64,000 nt of DNA from Malacoraja senta (Eukaryota). Made by a program: the position numbers and the translations under genes. The notes below the pieces were generated by a model. It was given only the letters and a program-made list of their open reading frames with translations, was not told where the DNA came from and made no database searches. Shown piece by piece: positions 14,173 to 25,287 of this stretch. The first letter of the stretch is position 1. Each line of letters starts with the position of its first letter. The DNA is taken from contig JAXLNO010000146.1 in NCBI GenBank assembly GCA_038087875.1, positions 248,001-312,000 on the forward strand, written 5' to 3'.

Positions 14173-14243
14173 ACCCTCGAGGTTTATCTCAGATATAAAT
14201 AACAGGTAAGCAAGAAAGCAAGAGATCCGTTTCCTCAACTAAC
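14173..14243 (+). promoter_or_regulatory. Putative core promoter of gene B
   Basis: ACCCTCGAGG (14173), TATAAAT (14194), GAGATCCG (14222), AACTAAC (14237); ATG at 14268. Confidence 0.72.
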
Positions 14244-14267
14244 TGGAAACGTCGCTTCCCTTTGACG

Positions 14268-14337
14268 ATGGGATTAGCGGTCAAGTTACTCGTAGAACGC
14301 ATTTACTATCCAATTCTTGTGATAATTGGTGTTCCTG
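14268..14337 (+). CDS. Gene B, coding exon 1 of a GPR139-like orphan GPCR
   Basis: MGLAVKLLVERIYYPILVIIGVP+G then GTAAG donor at 14338. 70 bp, phase 1; splices in frame to 17720 (G+CT = Ala, giving GVPANLLTI in TM1). Confidence 0.9.
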
Positions 14338-14411
14338 GTAAGCCATTAGCATGATATTATTATATGTACGCTTTATAACTCGTTAGACGTTCACCGGCAT
14401 ACATATATATA

Positions 14412-14578
14412 TGGAGAGAATTAATGGGTGATGTTTCGGCTGGAGACTCTGAAGAAGGGTCTCGACACGAAACGTCACCCATTCCTTCTCTCTCGAGATC
14501 CTGCATGTCCCACTGAGGTACTCCAGCATTTTGTGTTTATCTTTGATTTAAACCAGCATCTGCAGTTCTTTCCTATAC
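14412..14578 (+). mobile_element. Short palindromic interspersed repeat (MER6-like / Penelope-terminus-derived) in the gene B intron
   Basis: atgggtgatgtttcg...cgaaacgtcacccat inverted arms, then ctccagcattttgtgt...aaaccagcatctgcagtt. Related pieces at ~20915, 30875, 32465, 48705, 54835 and 61768. Confidence 0.7.
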
Positions 14579-15203
14579 ATATGTATATGTTGACATATTA
14601 TTTATATATGCCGACATTGATAACTAGCTGCGAATAGATCTGATACTTATCAGACGTCTATGAAACTGGTCAAACAATAACGGCACTGAAACAAAAACAG
14701 ACAAAAACAATCTGACATTTTTTTCCGGGAACTCTGCAATTGATACGAATGTTGTATCTGGGTTATATTCCATGTGGTAGAGCAATCCAGCCACATTTCT
14801 GTAAATGAATCCTTGCAGAATCTTCCCAAATGTATATTTGTACTCTGGGCTGCATGTATTCCAAAACTGGTTCGATAATTAGAAACCGACCCGTCTGTGA
14901 TAATTTAATAGTAAGATATTTTATTTGTTAGACAATCAAGCCTTTGTCGTGGCGATTGTCTCTGCCTATGCACAGAACACATCCGACTATTCTTTGCACT
15001 TCCATATGCCGATCTATAAGCGTCTAAATCACCACTACGGCACCTGCCTCCGCAACCACCGAGGCCGATGCCGTCCAGACCGCCACCACTCGCAACGTAA
15101 AAAATAACGTATCCGCAGAACCCACTTAATATTCCCCCTCTCATATTATTGCTACAATCTAGAATTTTGCACCATGATAATAAAATTCTGACTGTCTACT
15201 CGA

Positions 15204-16038
15204 CCGGTGGCGCCGATTGCCGGGTGGCGCGGTAAGTGACAGCCTCGCCAACAGCCTGTCTCGTCCCTTTCTAATTTTGTTGTTTTAAGTCTGCTTTAAT
15301 TGTATATTTTAGTGGACCTTTAGTTTTTGTATTATGGGGGGGGGGGGGGGGAGGATGGGAACTTGTTTTATCTTTTCCCTCGACGGAGAGGCGACTTTTT
15401 CCGTATCGTATTTCCGTACGCACTGCGGCCTTAAGATCCTGGAGCTGGCGGTCCCTTTCTTAGGGATCGACTGCGGGAGCTCCAACCGTCCCGATCGCGG
15501 GAGCCTCGAGCGCCCTGTTGCGGATGTTTCGATCGCCCGACCGCGGGGGAAAAGGAAGGAGAATGTACAAGTTATTTGACTTCATTGCAGTGGGGAATGT
15601 GAAGTCGCCGCAAATAAGATGGACGTGCTGCCTGCGCTGGTGGGGACTCCGAGGGAGTGCCGTGAGTGCCGTGATCTCGGTGTTTGCGGGGACATCTTGC
15701 CATGAGGTCATCCGGAGTCTACTCTCGAGTGTGGACGGCTTCCTGACTGTTCGGGTGCACAGGGACTGCAGAGAGAGTGAGAGCGGTCGGTACAACTCAG
15801 GTCACTCTCGGTGAAGGAGCGTGTGTGCCGCCCGGACATTGAACTGATGGCTCTGGGTCTCCGCTTTTGCTGTGTGCCCTGGGGATTCTCGCACGCCGCT
15901 GTGGTGGCTGTTTATGTTTAATCTTTATGTAGTTTTGTATCTTGTTGCTATTCTGGTATGACTATGGTAAATCTAATTTCACTGTACCTCGGCACACGTG
16001 ACAATAAAGGACCATTAAACCATTCAACCATTAACCAT
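15204..16038 (+). mobile_element. GC-rich non-coding retro-element with a Rex1-like 3' tail
   Basis: Shares its head and ggag..gcga.tttt.cc...gc..cct.a.atc blocks with 20007-20770 and 33465-33937; ends tgacaataaa plus (accatt.a)n. Confidence 0.65.
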
Positions 16039-16049
16039 ATGCCTCTCAT

Positions 16050-16640
16050 AATGCGAGCTTCAAAATGCGAGCTAATCCTGTCTCGAATAATTCTCCGATA
16101 GTTCCATTACCACTGAATCTTGCTCCTTGGACCCTCTCCAAAACCCTTCCCAAAAACAAAGGAACAACATTGTCCACGTTTCTGTGCTCATCCCCTGTGG
16201 CTGGAAAAGAAACAAATATTATCGTCAAGGCTCCCACATTCTCGTCTCTTCCCTCCATCAACAAATTGTGATAGATCTTTGGGCTTGGGGACATAACCAT
16301 GTTAATGCTCTTCAGGAGCCTCAGCACAATCTCCTTCTAGATCGCAAACTGTTCTAGCTTGTTTATGTAGTTGTCCACAGTAATCTTACTGTCATCCAAG
16401 TCCTTCTTCTCTGTCAGTGCAGACGAAAGTTACCCGGTTAGCACTTCACCCACATCCTCCAACTTCAATCATATATATATCCTCCTTTAACTTTCAGCGT
16501 TCTACATTCTCGCGGTTGACCCGCTTGTGATTAACGGACCTAGAGAATACTTTGGGATGTCATGAATCCATTCCGCCAATGACATTTCAAAGACCCTTCT
16601 GGGCTTCTAATCGCCCTTTTGAGTTTTTTTCTCCCACATG
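16050..16640 (-). mobile_element. Old CR1 ORF2 remnant
   Basis: ORF 16046..16327 retains SPSP.IY..LL.E.R....AL.IIF..S..TG....NVVPLF. Confidence 0.6.
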
Positions 16641-17719
16641 CTTTATCTTCCTCACAATGGCCGTGGAATTACACCTTCGCAATTAGTGAAGCATTTTGTT
16701 TCAACTGCAAATGCATTCTATCTTAATTGTCCAAAATGAGTAATCTATCGATTTTGGCCCTGGCTTGTATTTCCTGCTTGACCATAAAAGATACATAATA
16801 AATACATTACTAATGCACACATTTATTGTATTATTAGTGCCAGAATTGCAAACTGGTGCTGATTTAGTCTAGACAAGAATGAGAAATTGAAAACATGCAA
16901 CAAAGCAACATTGACAACTGGTATTTTCCACGATCAGTCAAAATACAATTTTAATTCTCCGATGAGAGATTTGCGGGTTCTGCAAAAACAGCATCCGTTG
17001 GCTGGTGGTTTCGACGACGGCGTACAAAACGATCCTGGTAAGTTATGTAACTTTACATGAAGTCAACACGCTTCTCAATACATTCGATTATGCTTGCAGA
17101 AATGTTCAAATGCCAACATATGGACGTGTTCTCCATTAGGCTTTTGCCTGGTATATGTGATTACTTATATGATCGCTACTTTTTATAATAATAACGAAAC
17201 ATACCGAGGGTCGTTTAGGCATGATGACTGGAAAATAATAAATTTAACTGCTGGTAAATGTAAAATATATTATAATATTTTCGGAAATCCGTAATTTAAA
17301 AATCGTAAATCGTAAATATCCTATCAGGGGAAAAAACCCGTTAAAGCATGCCTACCGCTTATCTAAGCATGCTCACTGCTGAATCGCAAAATCACTGATA
17401 ATTTTCTCCAGATGGGAAGTGCAATGATTGTTGACCGGAAATATGAAACACAATAAAACCGAATGCCTGATTGCACTGCTTCCTGAAATAGCCTCATCTC
17501 GTCCAGATCTTCGGCTTAATAAAGCATATTCTGGTTATAATTAATTCCATGGTTTAAAGCATAAAGCATAAGAAACCATATTCTGGTTATAATTAATTCC
17601 ATGGTTTAAAGTAAAACGTGCATAAATAAACAAATGCAACATCTGAAAGAAATGTAATATAAGTTTAACTGCTCCCGAAGGAAGATACATCTTAATACAA
17701 TTCCCTTCATTGTTTCTAG

Positions 17720-18624
17720 CTAATTTGTTGACAATATTCATCTTGTCCAGAGGAAGGTGCGGACTCTCCAGATGCATTACCCGATATCTGGTGTGTATGG
17801 CGGCAAGTAACCTACTGCATTTGATAGTTGGTGCGATGTTTTATCAGATTAATGACGCGTTTCTTCCACGATCATTTCTCCATTACACTCCCATCTGCCG
17901 CATTAATCTGACTCTGATTTATATTGCTATTGACTGCTCCGTCTGGCTAACTGTGGCCTTTACCTTTGATCGATTTGTTGCGATTTGTTGCCACTCGTTA
18001 CGAATGACGTTTTGCACTGTAAAAATTGCTTCAAGGGTTATCACAATTGTTTGTATATTGTGCATTATAGAAAATATACCAATCTACTTCTTACTTGAAC
18101 ATCGCGATATAATTGACCAGGTGCCATGGTTCCGTAATGTGAAATCAAACTTCTACACTTTATCTATCTGGGCTGCATTTTTATGGATGGAGACCATCTT
18201 AACCCCGTTTCTGCCATTTGTGTTGATACCTCTGTTCAACGCCTTAACTATAAGTCACATTATACGGGCGAACAGAGTCAGAAGCAAACTCCGGGGAAAG
18301 GAAAGCGAGAAGAGCCAGATGGATCAAGAAATTGAAAACCGAAGGAAATCAATAATTTTACTACTCGCTATATCTGGCAGTTTCCTTTTGTTGTGGATGG
18401 TAAATTTTTCTTGCTTCATTTCTCTATATTTTACCGATAACGAACTGATGAAATCTGATTACAGTGACCCATTCAGCATTGCGGAAGAAACTGGATTCCA
18501 GTTAAGATTTTTAAATACTTGCACAAACACCTTCATTTATGCTGCCTCCCAAAACAAATTCAGAGAAGAACTGAAGACAATTATTAGAAGGCCACTTGTT
18601 TTTCTTTGTAAATTATTCAAGTAG
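17720..18624 (+). CDS. Gene B, exon 2: rhodopsin-class 7TM receptor, GPR139/GPR142-like (spliced product 324 aa)
   Basis: Acceptor tgtttctag|CT; open to TAG at 18624. Motifs ILSRGRCGLS, SVWLTVAFTFDRFVAICC (DRF), ENRRKSIILL, TCTNTFIY (NPxxY equivalent) and helix 8 FREEL; seven hydrophobic segments when exon 1 is included. Confidence 0.93.
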
Positions 18625-19671
18625 ATTACACGGTTTGATAAACTCATGAGACATATTCGCATTTAAATGAATTTAAGGAGTAATTAGCACACACCTGAAT
18701 GTCCATTCCTGAACATATCAGCGTCCGTCATGTTTACATAAACGCCTGCAACATATTGTTATCCTGAAAGGGATTAAAAACAAATCATAAGCACCATATA
18801 GCCTTTCGTTTGACTTGAAGTAAATAGTTCAGCAAATGTTTGCTTATTTTAGCAGAAATATCAGCCACATCAGCTTAACATGTGTACACGTGTGTGTGTA
18901 TGGGGGGGGGGGTTGGGGGGGGAGGGGGTAACTGGCACTCTTCCTACTATTAATGAGAATGCGTGTTCATGAATGACAAGGGGAAGTTCTACCAATACTC
19001 ACATGTCACGCAATATCTATTGTGAATGCACCAGAGAAGGCGTTGAAGGTCAATGTATTCTCATTCGAATATATACATATTTCAAGGTTCTTAGTAGGTT
19101 GAGCAATGAATCTATTAAACACATAAGGTTTATGATAAGGTGAGGAGCAGGGGCGCCTCGCCGATAGACACAGTAGTGGCATCAGAGTATTGCGGTGTTG
19201 AAGTATTGATATTAACGGCTGATCTAATTGGAGACATTGGTAGGTGGAGATAAATAAGAGGAGGGGTACGATCGAAAGCAGTGCATGGTCCATGGCGAGA
19301 TGTTTCCTATCGTGCCTAAATAAAATATAGATTGAAGGAGAACGCCGGCAATATTTGGAAAGCCATGCAATGTATGTAGTGAGTATAAACATAAAGAGAG
19401 ATGAAAAGGAAATGGCTTACTGCATTGCCTAATTTGTTCCAACATCACAGTGGAATTCCTCAGGGATCGTCATTGTCAATGTCATGAGCGTTACGTCTTG
19501 TGTAGAGTGACGGATGTTTCTTAAAATTGCATTAGGAACAGTGCCTGCGTCCAACTGAACAGACACCGGACTGGCTTCAAGTCCGGAACTGAATGACAAT
19601 GAAACCGCAGTTTCAGCTTTCTCCAAATTCTGCAAATAATATATATTTGATGTTTCCTGTGTAAAGAAGAC

Positions 19672-19900
19672 TACACCGGTCGAGCAGCGATAGTGTTGCT
19701 GCCTTACAGCGCTTACAGCGCCAGAGTTCGATCCCGACAACGGGTGCTATGTGTATGGACTTTGTACCTTTTCTGAGTTCTTCGCTTTCAGTGTCCCTTG
19801 TGTGGGTAAGATGATGTTGGTGTGCGGGGATCGTTGGTCAGTGCGGATTCGCTGGGGCGAGGGTCCTGTTTCCGCGCTGTATGTATAAACTAAATTAAAC
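19672..19900 (+). mobile_element. tRNA-derived SINE with CR1-type tail (HE1-like)
   Basis: ggtcgagcagcgatag A-box-like, gttcgatccc B-box, 3' cctgtttccgcgctgtat..taaactaaa. Confidence 0.8.
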
Positions 19901-20006
19901 CGTCGGCACCGAAATGGTTACTCTAATTTACAAGCAGTATAAGTCAATCAGAGGTTTGCTTGGAAGTTATTATAACATTGTACAATAGAGCGGGCATATT
20001 CTTCCA

Positions 20007-20770
20007 CCGGGTGGTGCCGTCAATGATGGCAGCCTCACCAACGGTCGGCCTGTTTCTTCGTAGTTTTTGTTATTTTTAGTGTGTTTTACAAGTTTCTGTT
20101 ATGTTCTCTGGTTTGTTGTATGGCGGGGGTGGGGGAGAGGGTCGGGGGAAACTTTGTTTTAATCTCTTACCTTGCCGGAGATGCGAATGTTTTCCGGATC
20201 GTATCTCCGGTCGCTCTGCGACCTAACATCATGGTGCTGGCGGCCTTGCTCGAGACTCACTTTAGCCCCACCGCCGGGCCGTGAACTTACCATCGGAGCC
20301 GATCCCTTGCCTGGGATCGACGCTCCAACAGCGACCTGCGGATTGCACCATAGAGGAGCTCGCAATCTTGGGTAGAGACTGATGTCGGGAAGCTCCAAAG
20401 TCGCAGGAGGTTCGACTAGCCCCGACCAGGGGTAGATCGCCCGGCGCGGGGGGGCTGAGACCCCCCCCCCCCCCATGCAGGAATTTGATCGCCCCGATGC
20501 GAGGGCCCAAACGCCATCGGCTACTGGAGTCAAGATCGTTCCGTCAACGGAAGGATCGAGGCCCCCGACCGCGGGAGAACAAAGAAGAAAAGAAATGGAA
20601 CTTTGTTTCGCCTTCCATCACAGTGAGGAATGTGGATGTTTATGTTAAATTGCATTTTGGTGTGTTTTCTTGCTTTATATTGGCATGAATGTAGGGCAAA
20701 TCAAATTCCGCATATGTTGCAAAACATACTTGGCTAATAAAGTAATTCTGATTATGATTATGATTGTGAT
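20007..20770 (+). mobile_element. GC-rich non-coding retro-element (same group as 15204-16038)
   Basis: Head ccgggtggtgccgtc...gcagcctc.ccaac; tail aataaagta plus (tgatta)n. Its flanks are contiguous in the paralogous empty site at ~50468-50540. Confidence 0.75.
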
Positions 20771-21049
20771 GGTGAATAATCAGTTCGCGAACAAGAAATC
20801 AGAAGATAGCATATTCGTAATTATAAAGCACTTTATTATATGTTTTTATGTTTGTCCCTGTTACACCTGACAACCAGGTACCATCCGGTCAACAGTGTAA
20901 TCAGAAGAGGCAATGAGTGTGAAGAAGGATCCCGTTCCGAAGCGTAATGCATCCTTTTTATCCAATGATTCAGTTACTCCAACAATTTCTGTCATCATTG
21001 TCATAAACCAGCATTTGCAGTTCTTTGTTCGTACAATCAGAATCAATTG

Positions 21050-21245
21050 AATAAACCTTTCATTAACATTATCCTACACTATCCTAGGGACAATTTACAA
21101 TTTACCAGCCAATTAGCCGACAACCCTGTACGTTTTTGGAGTGTGCGAGGAATCCAAAGATCTTGGAGAAAACCCACGAGGTCACCAGGGGATGTAACCC
21201 AGGTCTCGAGTGCTGCAAGCGCTGTAATGCAGAGCAGCAACAGTT
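21050..21245 (-). mobile_element. Degraded SINE fragment
   Basis: tgtacgtttttggagtgtgcgaggaa...ggagaaaacccacg matches the SINE body at 50160-50215. Confidence 0.7.
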
Positions 21246-21299
21246 TAGTTACCCAGTGGGGAGCTTCTCGGTGTAATGAAAGGACTGCAGTTACAAGCC

Positions 21300-23070
21300 A
21301 TAGCAAATAAAGATGGAGATAGCTAATGGAAAAATGATAACGCAGGCGAGCTGAAGGAAAACTGCAGTATAGTGAACGTTGTTCCTGTATTTGAGAAGCA
21401 TAACGGGTCCAAGCCAGGTAAGCATAAGCCGATGAGCCTCATGTTAGTGCAAGGGATATTAGTGGAGTAATTCGACGGGATATTAAGTATATATACTTCG
21501 AAAGCAGAGTACAATTAGCGAAAGTCAGCATAGACTTGGCGCCGGAACTGCTCACAAATTTGCTTGGATATTTGAGGTACTTAACATTAATGGTTCAACT
21601 TTGCTTTCTTATCACATGTGTGAAGCACAAACGCAATGAAATAAATTTCTTACAAAGAGTCCAGTAGTGTACTGTCATATCATGCCCGATCAGCAATTGT
21701 ATAGACATAATTAATTGAGCCCGTATTTAAGGGGTGCCATGATTTGGTGCCATTTCCCAAGTCCAGTCCACGCTCCAGTTGCTATGAGCCTTGCCCGGTA
21801 CAGGCAAGCTCCATGCTACCGGCATCACAAACCATCGCCTACGTTGCTCGACCAGGAAACGACGTCCGCTCCTCGCACGCCCATCTTTTGTCCCATGTGT
21901 ACCTCTCGTAGCCCATCTCAATGACGGAGTAGGCCTGACCCTGGTTTCCTCTTCGCTCCTACCGGCCTTGCCGCCCGGTCTTCCGTTCGGCTGCATTCCG
22001 CCGGCTCAGCAGTGTCTTCTCTCGGCCGCGACGTCCTCTGGGAGACTCCTGCCGTGCGCGCCGCTTTCTGAACTTGCATCTGTGCGTGGCGCCCTCTTCA
22101 TTATTGATGAAAACCTTTGCCTAAATGAACTTTGACAAGGTATTTCACAAGATCGCACATTATAGGCTTGCCCAGAAGGTTAAGTTTCAGGGAAGTCAAG
22201 GCAATTTTGCCACTTTGTTAACTGGAGCCCTCGGGTTGTGGTGGAAGTTTTATTATCTCATTAGAAATACCTGACCATTGTTGCACTTCGAGGTCGCTGA
22301 TGGTGTTCTTGTATTTTTTTTTGTATAAGTGTGAAATGTATTTGTGAATGTAGGCAGTGTGATTGGTTGGTTTGTACATGGAAGGAAAGTTGATTATCTT
22401 GAGGAAAACTATGAGCATTGGCAACGCTACGGCTGAATATTGAACAGATGGAAAGCTTGACAGAACGTTGGCAGGTGGAATTAAGAAGTGCGAGGTGATA
22501 GATTTTACGAAGACAATTATTTGTGGGTCATATAAGTCAACGGTTGTGCGGCAAGAAATGATGGTGGGTAGGGAAATCACGTGTTCAGTTCGGCATTTCC
22601 CTGTAAATCCTCAAAGAGGCACACAGCTGGATGACGTGTCGTGGGTGACGTGTGGCATGTTTGCCTACATAGTTCGACAAGTGGGATGTAAAGGTTCTGA
22701 ATCGGTGCCTTTTTGTAATACACTATTTGTAAAGCACTTGCTGTGCTCTGTGTAGATCTGATTGCCACAGTAGACGAAATGTGTGCTTGGGCTCAATAGA
22801 GCGTACAAGAAATTTGTGATGATATTGCCAGTCTTGGAGGACGTTTGACGAGGGACGTAGGTGGATAAGTCTTGTTTACTTTCCATGCACTAAAGAATGC
22901 GGTGAAATTACTTGATATAGCTAAAACAATTACAAGGTGCATATGTAGAATATGTAGTTAGAAACATTTTCAATGATAGACAGATCAGAAAACAAGAGGA
23001 ACTATGGTTATGGTTAGATGAAGTTATTTTAGGGATTTTAAGCGAATATTGTGTTACTACCGAGTGTGGT
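21300..23070 (+). mobile_element. Ancient CR1 RT remnant (interrupted at ~21590-22110), shared with the duplicate block at ~56300-58500
   Basis: NVVPVFEK...PG..KPMSLM.V remnants and decayed FDK/WQVE motifs; 22230-22530 aligns to 56460-56688 + 58320-58392. Confidence 0.55.
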
Positions 23071-23974
23071 CGACGTATTATCGACGTTGCCAAAGGGTTA
23101 GGGTTATGGGGGAATCTGAAAACATAGGTATATTCAACTAAACTGAGGCAGCGATGTGCATAAGTTGCAATTTGTTTGTCTGCCAATTAGATGTAGGCTG
23201 GTTGGAGAACGATTGATTCTAACCTGATGCATTCATGGTAGAAACCTGCAAAGAAACAGCAACTAATCTAGTCAATTGCTAGTAGTGGTAATGGTTATCT
23301 CCTTTATGGTTGATGCTGCTTCATCTAGAGTACAATGTTTCCACCTAACGGCTCCGTCATTCCACAATGTTTCTCCTGCCAATATTACATCACGTGGTCC
23401 TACCCAACGGAAGCGGACACCAACCTTTTCCGGACAATTTCAAACATGACCTGACTTCGGCCCTTTGACATTTTAGATTCAAGAGTCGAGGGTGTTTTAT
23501 TTCATACGTCATATGTCCCAGATAGAACAATGACATTCTTACTTGCTGCAGCACAACAGAATATGCAAACATAGTATAGTGGCAGATTATTATATCGTTC
23601 AAGAGATCGCTCCCTGTAGCCACTTAGGAGAAAACATGGGGTGAGGAGAGTGTGTCGGTTTACACATGGGAGCTCTCCACAAGACATTCAAAGCCTTTCG
23701 AAAGATAAATCTTCACAACACACTTTTGATTAATAGTTTCTTTATTGTCGAAGCAAAACAGTAGATATTCATCCACCTGCTTCTTTGACTCGTACACTTT
23801 AATATCCGTCAAACTCCAGCATATCGCTTAGAAACGTTAGAAAACTCCGCATGGTCGAAAGATATTCCTTCTCCATGCCTCCTCCGAACTAAACTAAAAA
23901 GCTAACAGCTTCCGCGCAAGAATCCCAGCAGCAAACACGCCTCCAACTACGTAATAAGTCCCACCCACATAATT

Positions 23975-24659
23975 ACAGGCACACAAAATTTAAAGGCAAA
24001 TGGCATAATTTATGATAAACAAAATTAAGCCAAATGGGCACTACACATAGTATGATATGACAAACGAGAGAGAGTGAAGAAAGGTTCAGTGTGAATATAT
24101 ACACATACTCACAACGTGCCCATATATACATACACACATACATACAGACATATATACATACACACATACTTAAAAAACAACCAGGACAGTGCAACAATAC
24201 TGTCCTGCAGTGCAACAACAATAATAATTGTAGTCTATTGTTGTTATGACAATTGATTATTATGAGGTTGTCGTGTTTAATAGACTAACGGCTGTAGGGA
24301 AGAAGCTGTTCTGGAACTTGGACGTTACGGGTTTCAGGCTCCTGTACCTTCTTCCCGATGGCAGTGATGAAATAAGTGTGAGGCCAGGACGGTGTGTGTT
24401 TCTGATGTTGTTCTGATGTTTTGAGGCTGCGACTCCGATAAATACTTTCAATTGTGGGGAGGTCAGAGCCGGTGATGGATTGGGTAGTGGTTTCAACATG
24501 TTGCAGTCTTTTCCGCACTCGGACGTTCAAGTTGCCGCACCAGACAATGATGCAACTAGTCAATATGGTCTCTACTGTGCACCTGTAGAAGTTCAAGAGA
24601 ATCCTCTTTGACATAACGAAACTCCGTAATCGTCTCAGGACGTAGAGGCGCTGATGTGG
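23975..24659 (-). mobile_element. Rex1/Babar LINE 3' fragment
   Basis: HQRLYVLRRLR, ILLNFYRCTVETILTSCI.VW.G and LPSGRRYRSLK..TS.FQNSFFP across ORFs 24285..24614 and 24260..24499. Confidence 0.88.
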
Positions 24660-24737
24660 ACTTGGAGCGGGAGGAGCAGCGTCCGGGCGGTGAGTTTAAA
24701 AAGCGAGCGCGGGGCTTTGTTCCACAGAGGCCCAGGA

Positions 24738-25200
24738 ACGGTTGGAGCAGCGGGAGCAGCGTCCGGGCGGTGAGCGATTGGAGCGGGAGGATCAGCGTCC
24801 GGGCGGTGAGCGATTGGAGCGGGAGGATCAGCGTCCGGGCGGTGAGCGGTTGGAGCGGGAGGAGCAGCGTCCGGGCGGTGAGCGGTTGGAGCGGGAGGAG
24901 CAGCGTCCGGGCGGTGAGCGGTTGGAGCGGGTGGAGCAGCGTCCGGGCGGTGAGCGGTTGGAGCGGGAGGAGCAGCGTCCGGGCGGTGAGCGGTTGGAGC
25001 GGGAGGAGCAGCGTCCGGGCGGTGAGCGGTTGGAGCGGGAGGAGCAGCGTCCGGGCGGTGAGCGGTTGGAGCGGGTGGAGCAGCGTCCGGGCGGTGAGCG
25101 GTTGGAGCGGGAGGAGCAGCGTCCGGGCGGTGAGCGGTTGGAGCGGGAGGAGCAGCGTCCGGGCGGTGAGCGGTTGGAGCGGGTGGAGCAGCGTCCGGGC
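24738..25200. repeat. 36-bp GC-rich minisatellite, ~13 copies (plus one detached copy at ~24661-24695), at the CR1 5' end
   Basis: Unit gagcggttggagcgggaggagcagcgtccgggcggt, head-to-tail without spacers. Confidence 0.95.
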
Positions 25201-25287
25201 CCACTCTGTAACGTTCCATCACACTTCAAAATAAGTGGGCTAGAGGCAGCCGCTGATTGGTGGAAGCGGACTAGAGGAAGCAGGTGA

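Noticed and set aside
16970..17045. Alternative exon 1 for gene B ending in CCTG|GTAAG at ~17037
   Set aside because: Upstream sequence does not encode the YPI..IG.P motif, and the donor is not conserved in the paralogous C intron.
17710..17719. ORF-track starts at 17710, 36162 and 59881 as true initiation sites
   Set aside because: They lie in intron sequence before AG acceptors; for B and D the N-terminal half of TM1 is supplied by the 70-bp exon 1.
17720..18624. Assigning the symbol GPR139
   Set aside because: Several diverged paralogs are present and orthology cannot be established without a phylogeny.
19672..19745. tRNA genes at SINE heads (also ~50260-50335)
   Set aside because: Only A/B-box remnants followed by SINE body and CR1-type tail; no cloverleaf.
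24738..25200. CRISPR array (36-bp repeats)
   Set aside because: Units are head-to-tail with no unique spacers, there are no cas genes, and the context is eukaryotic.
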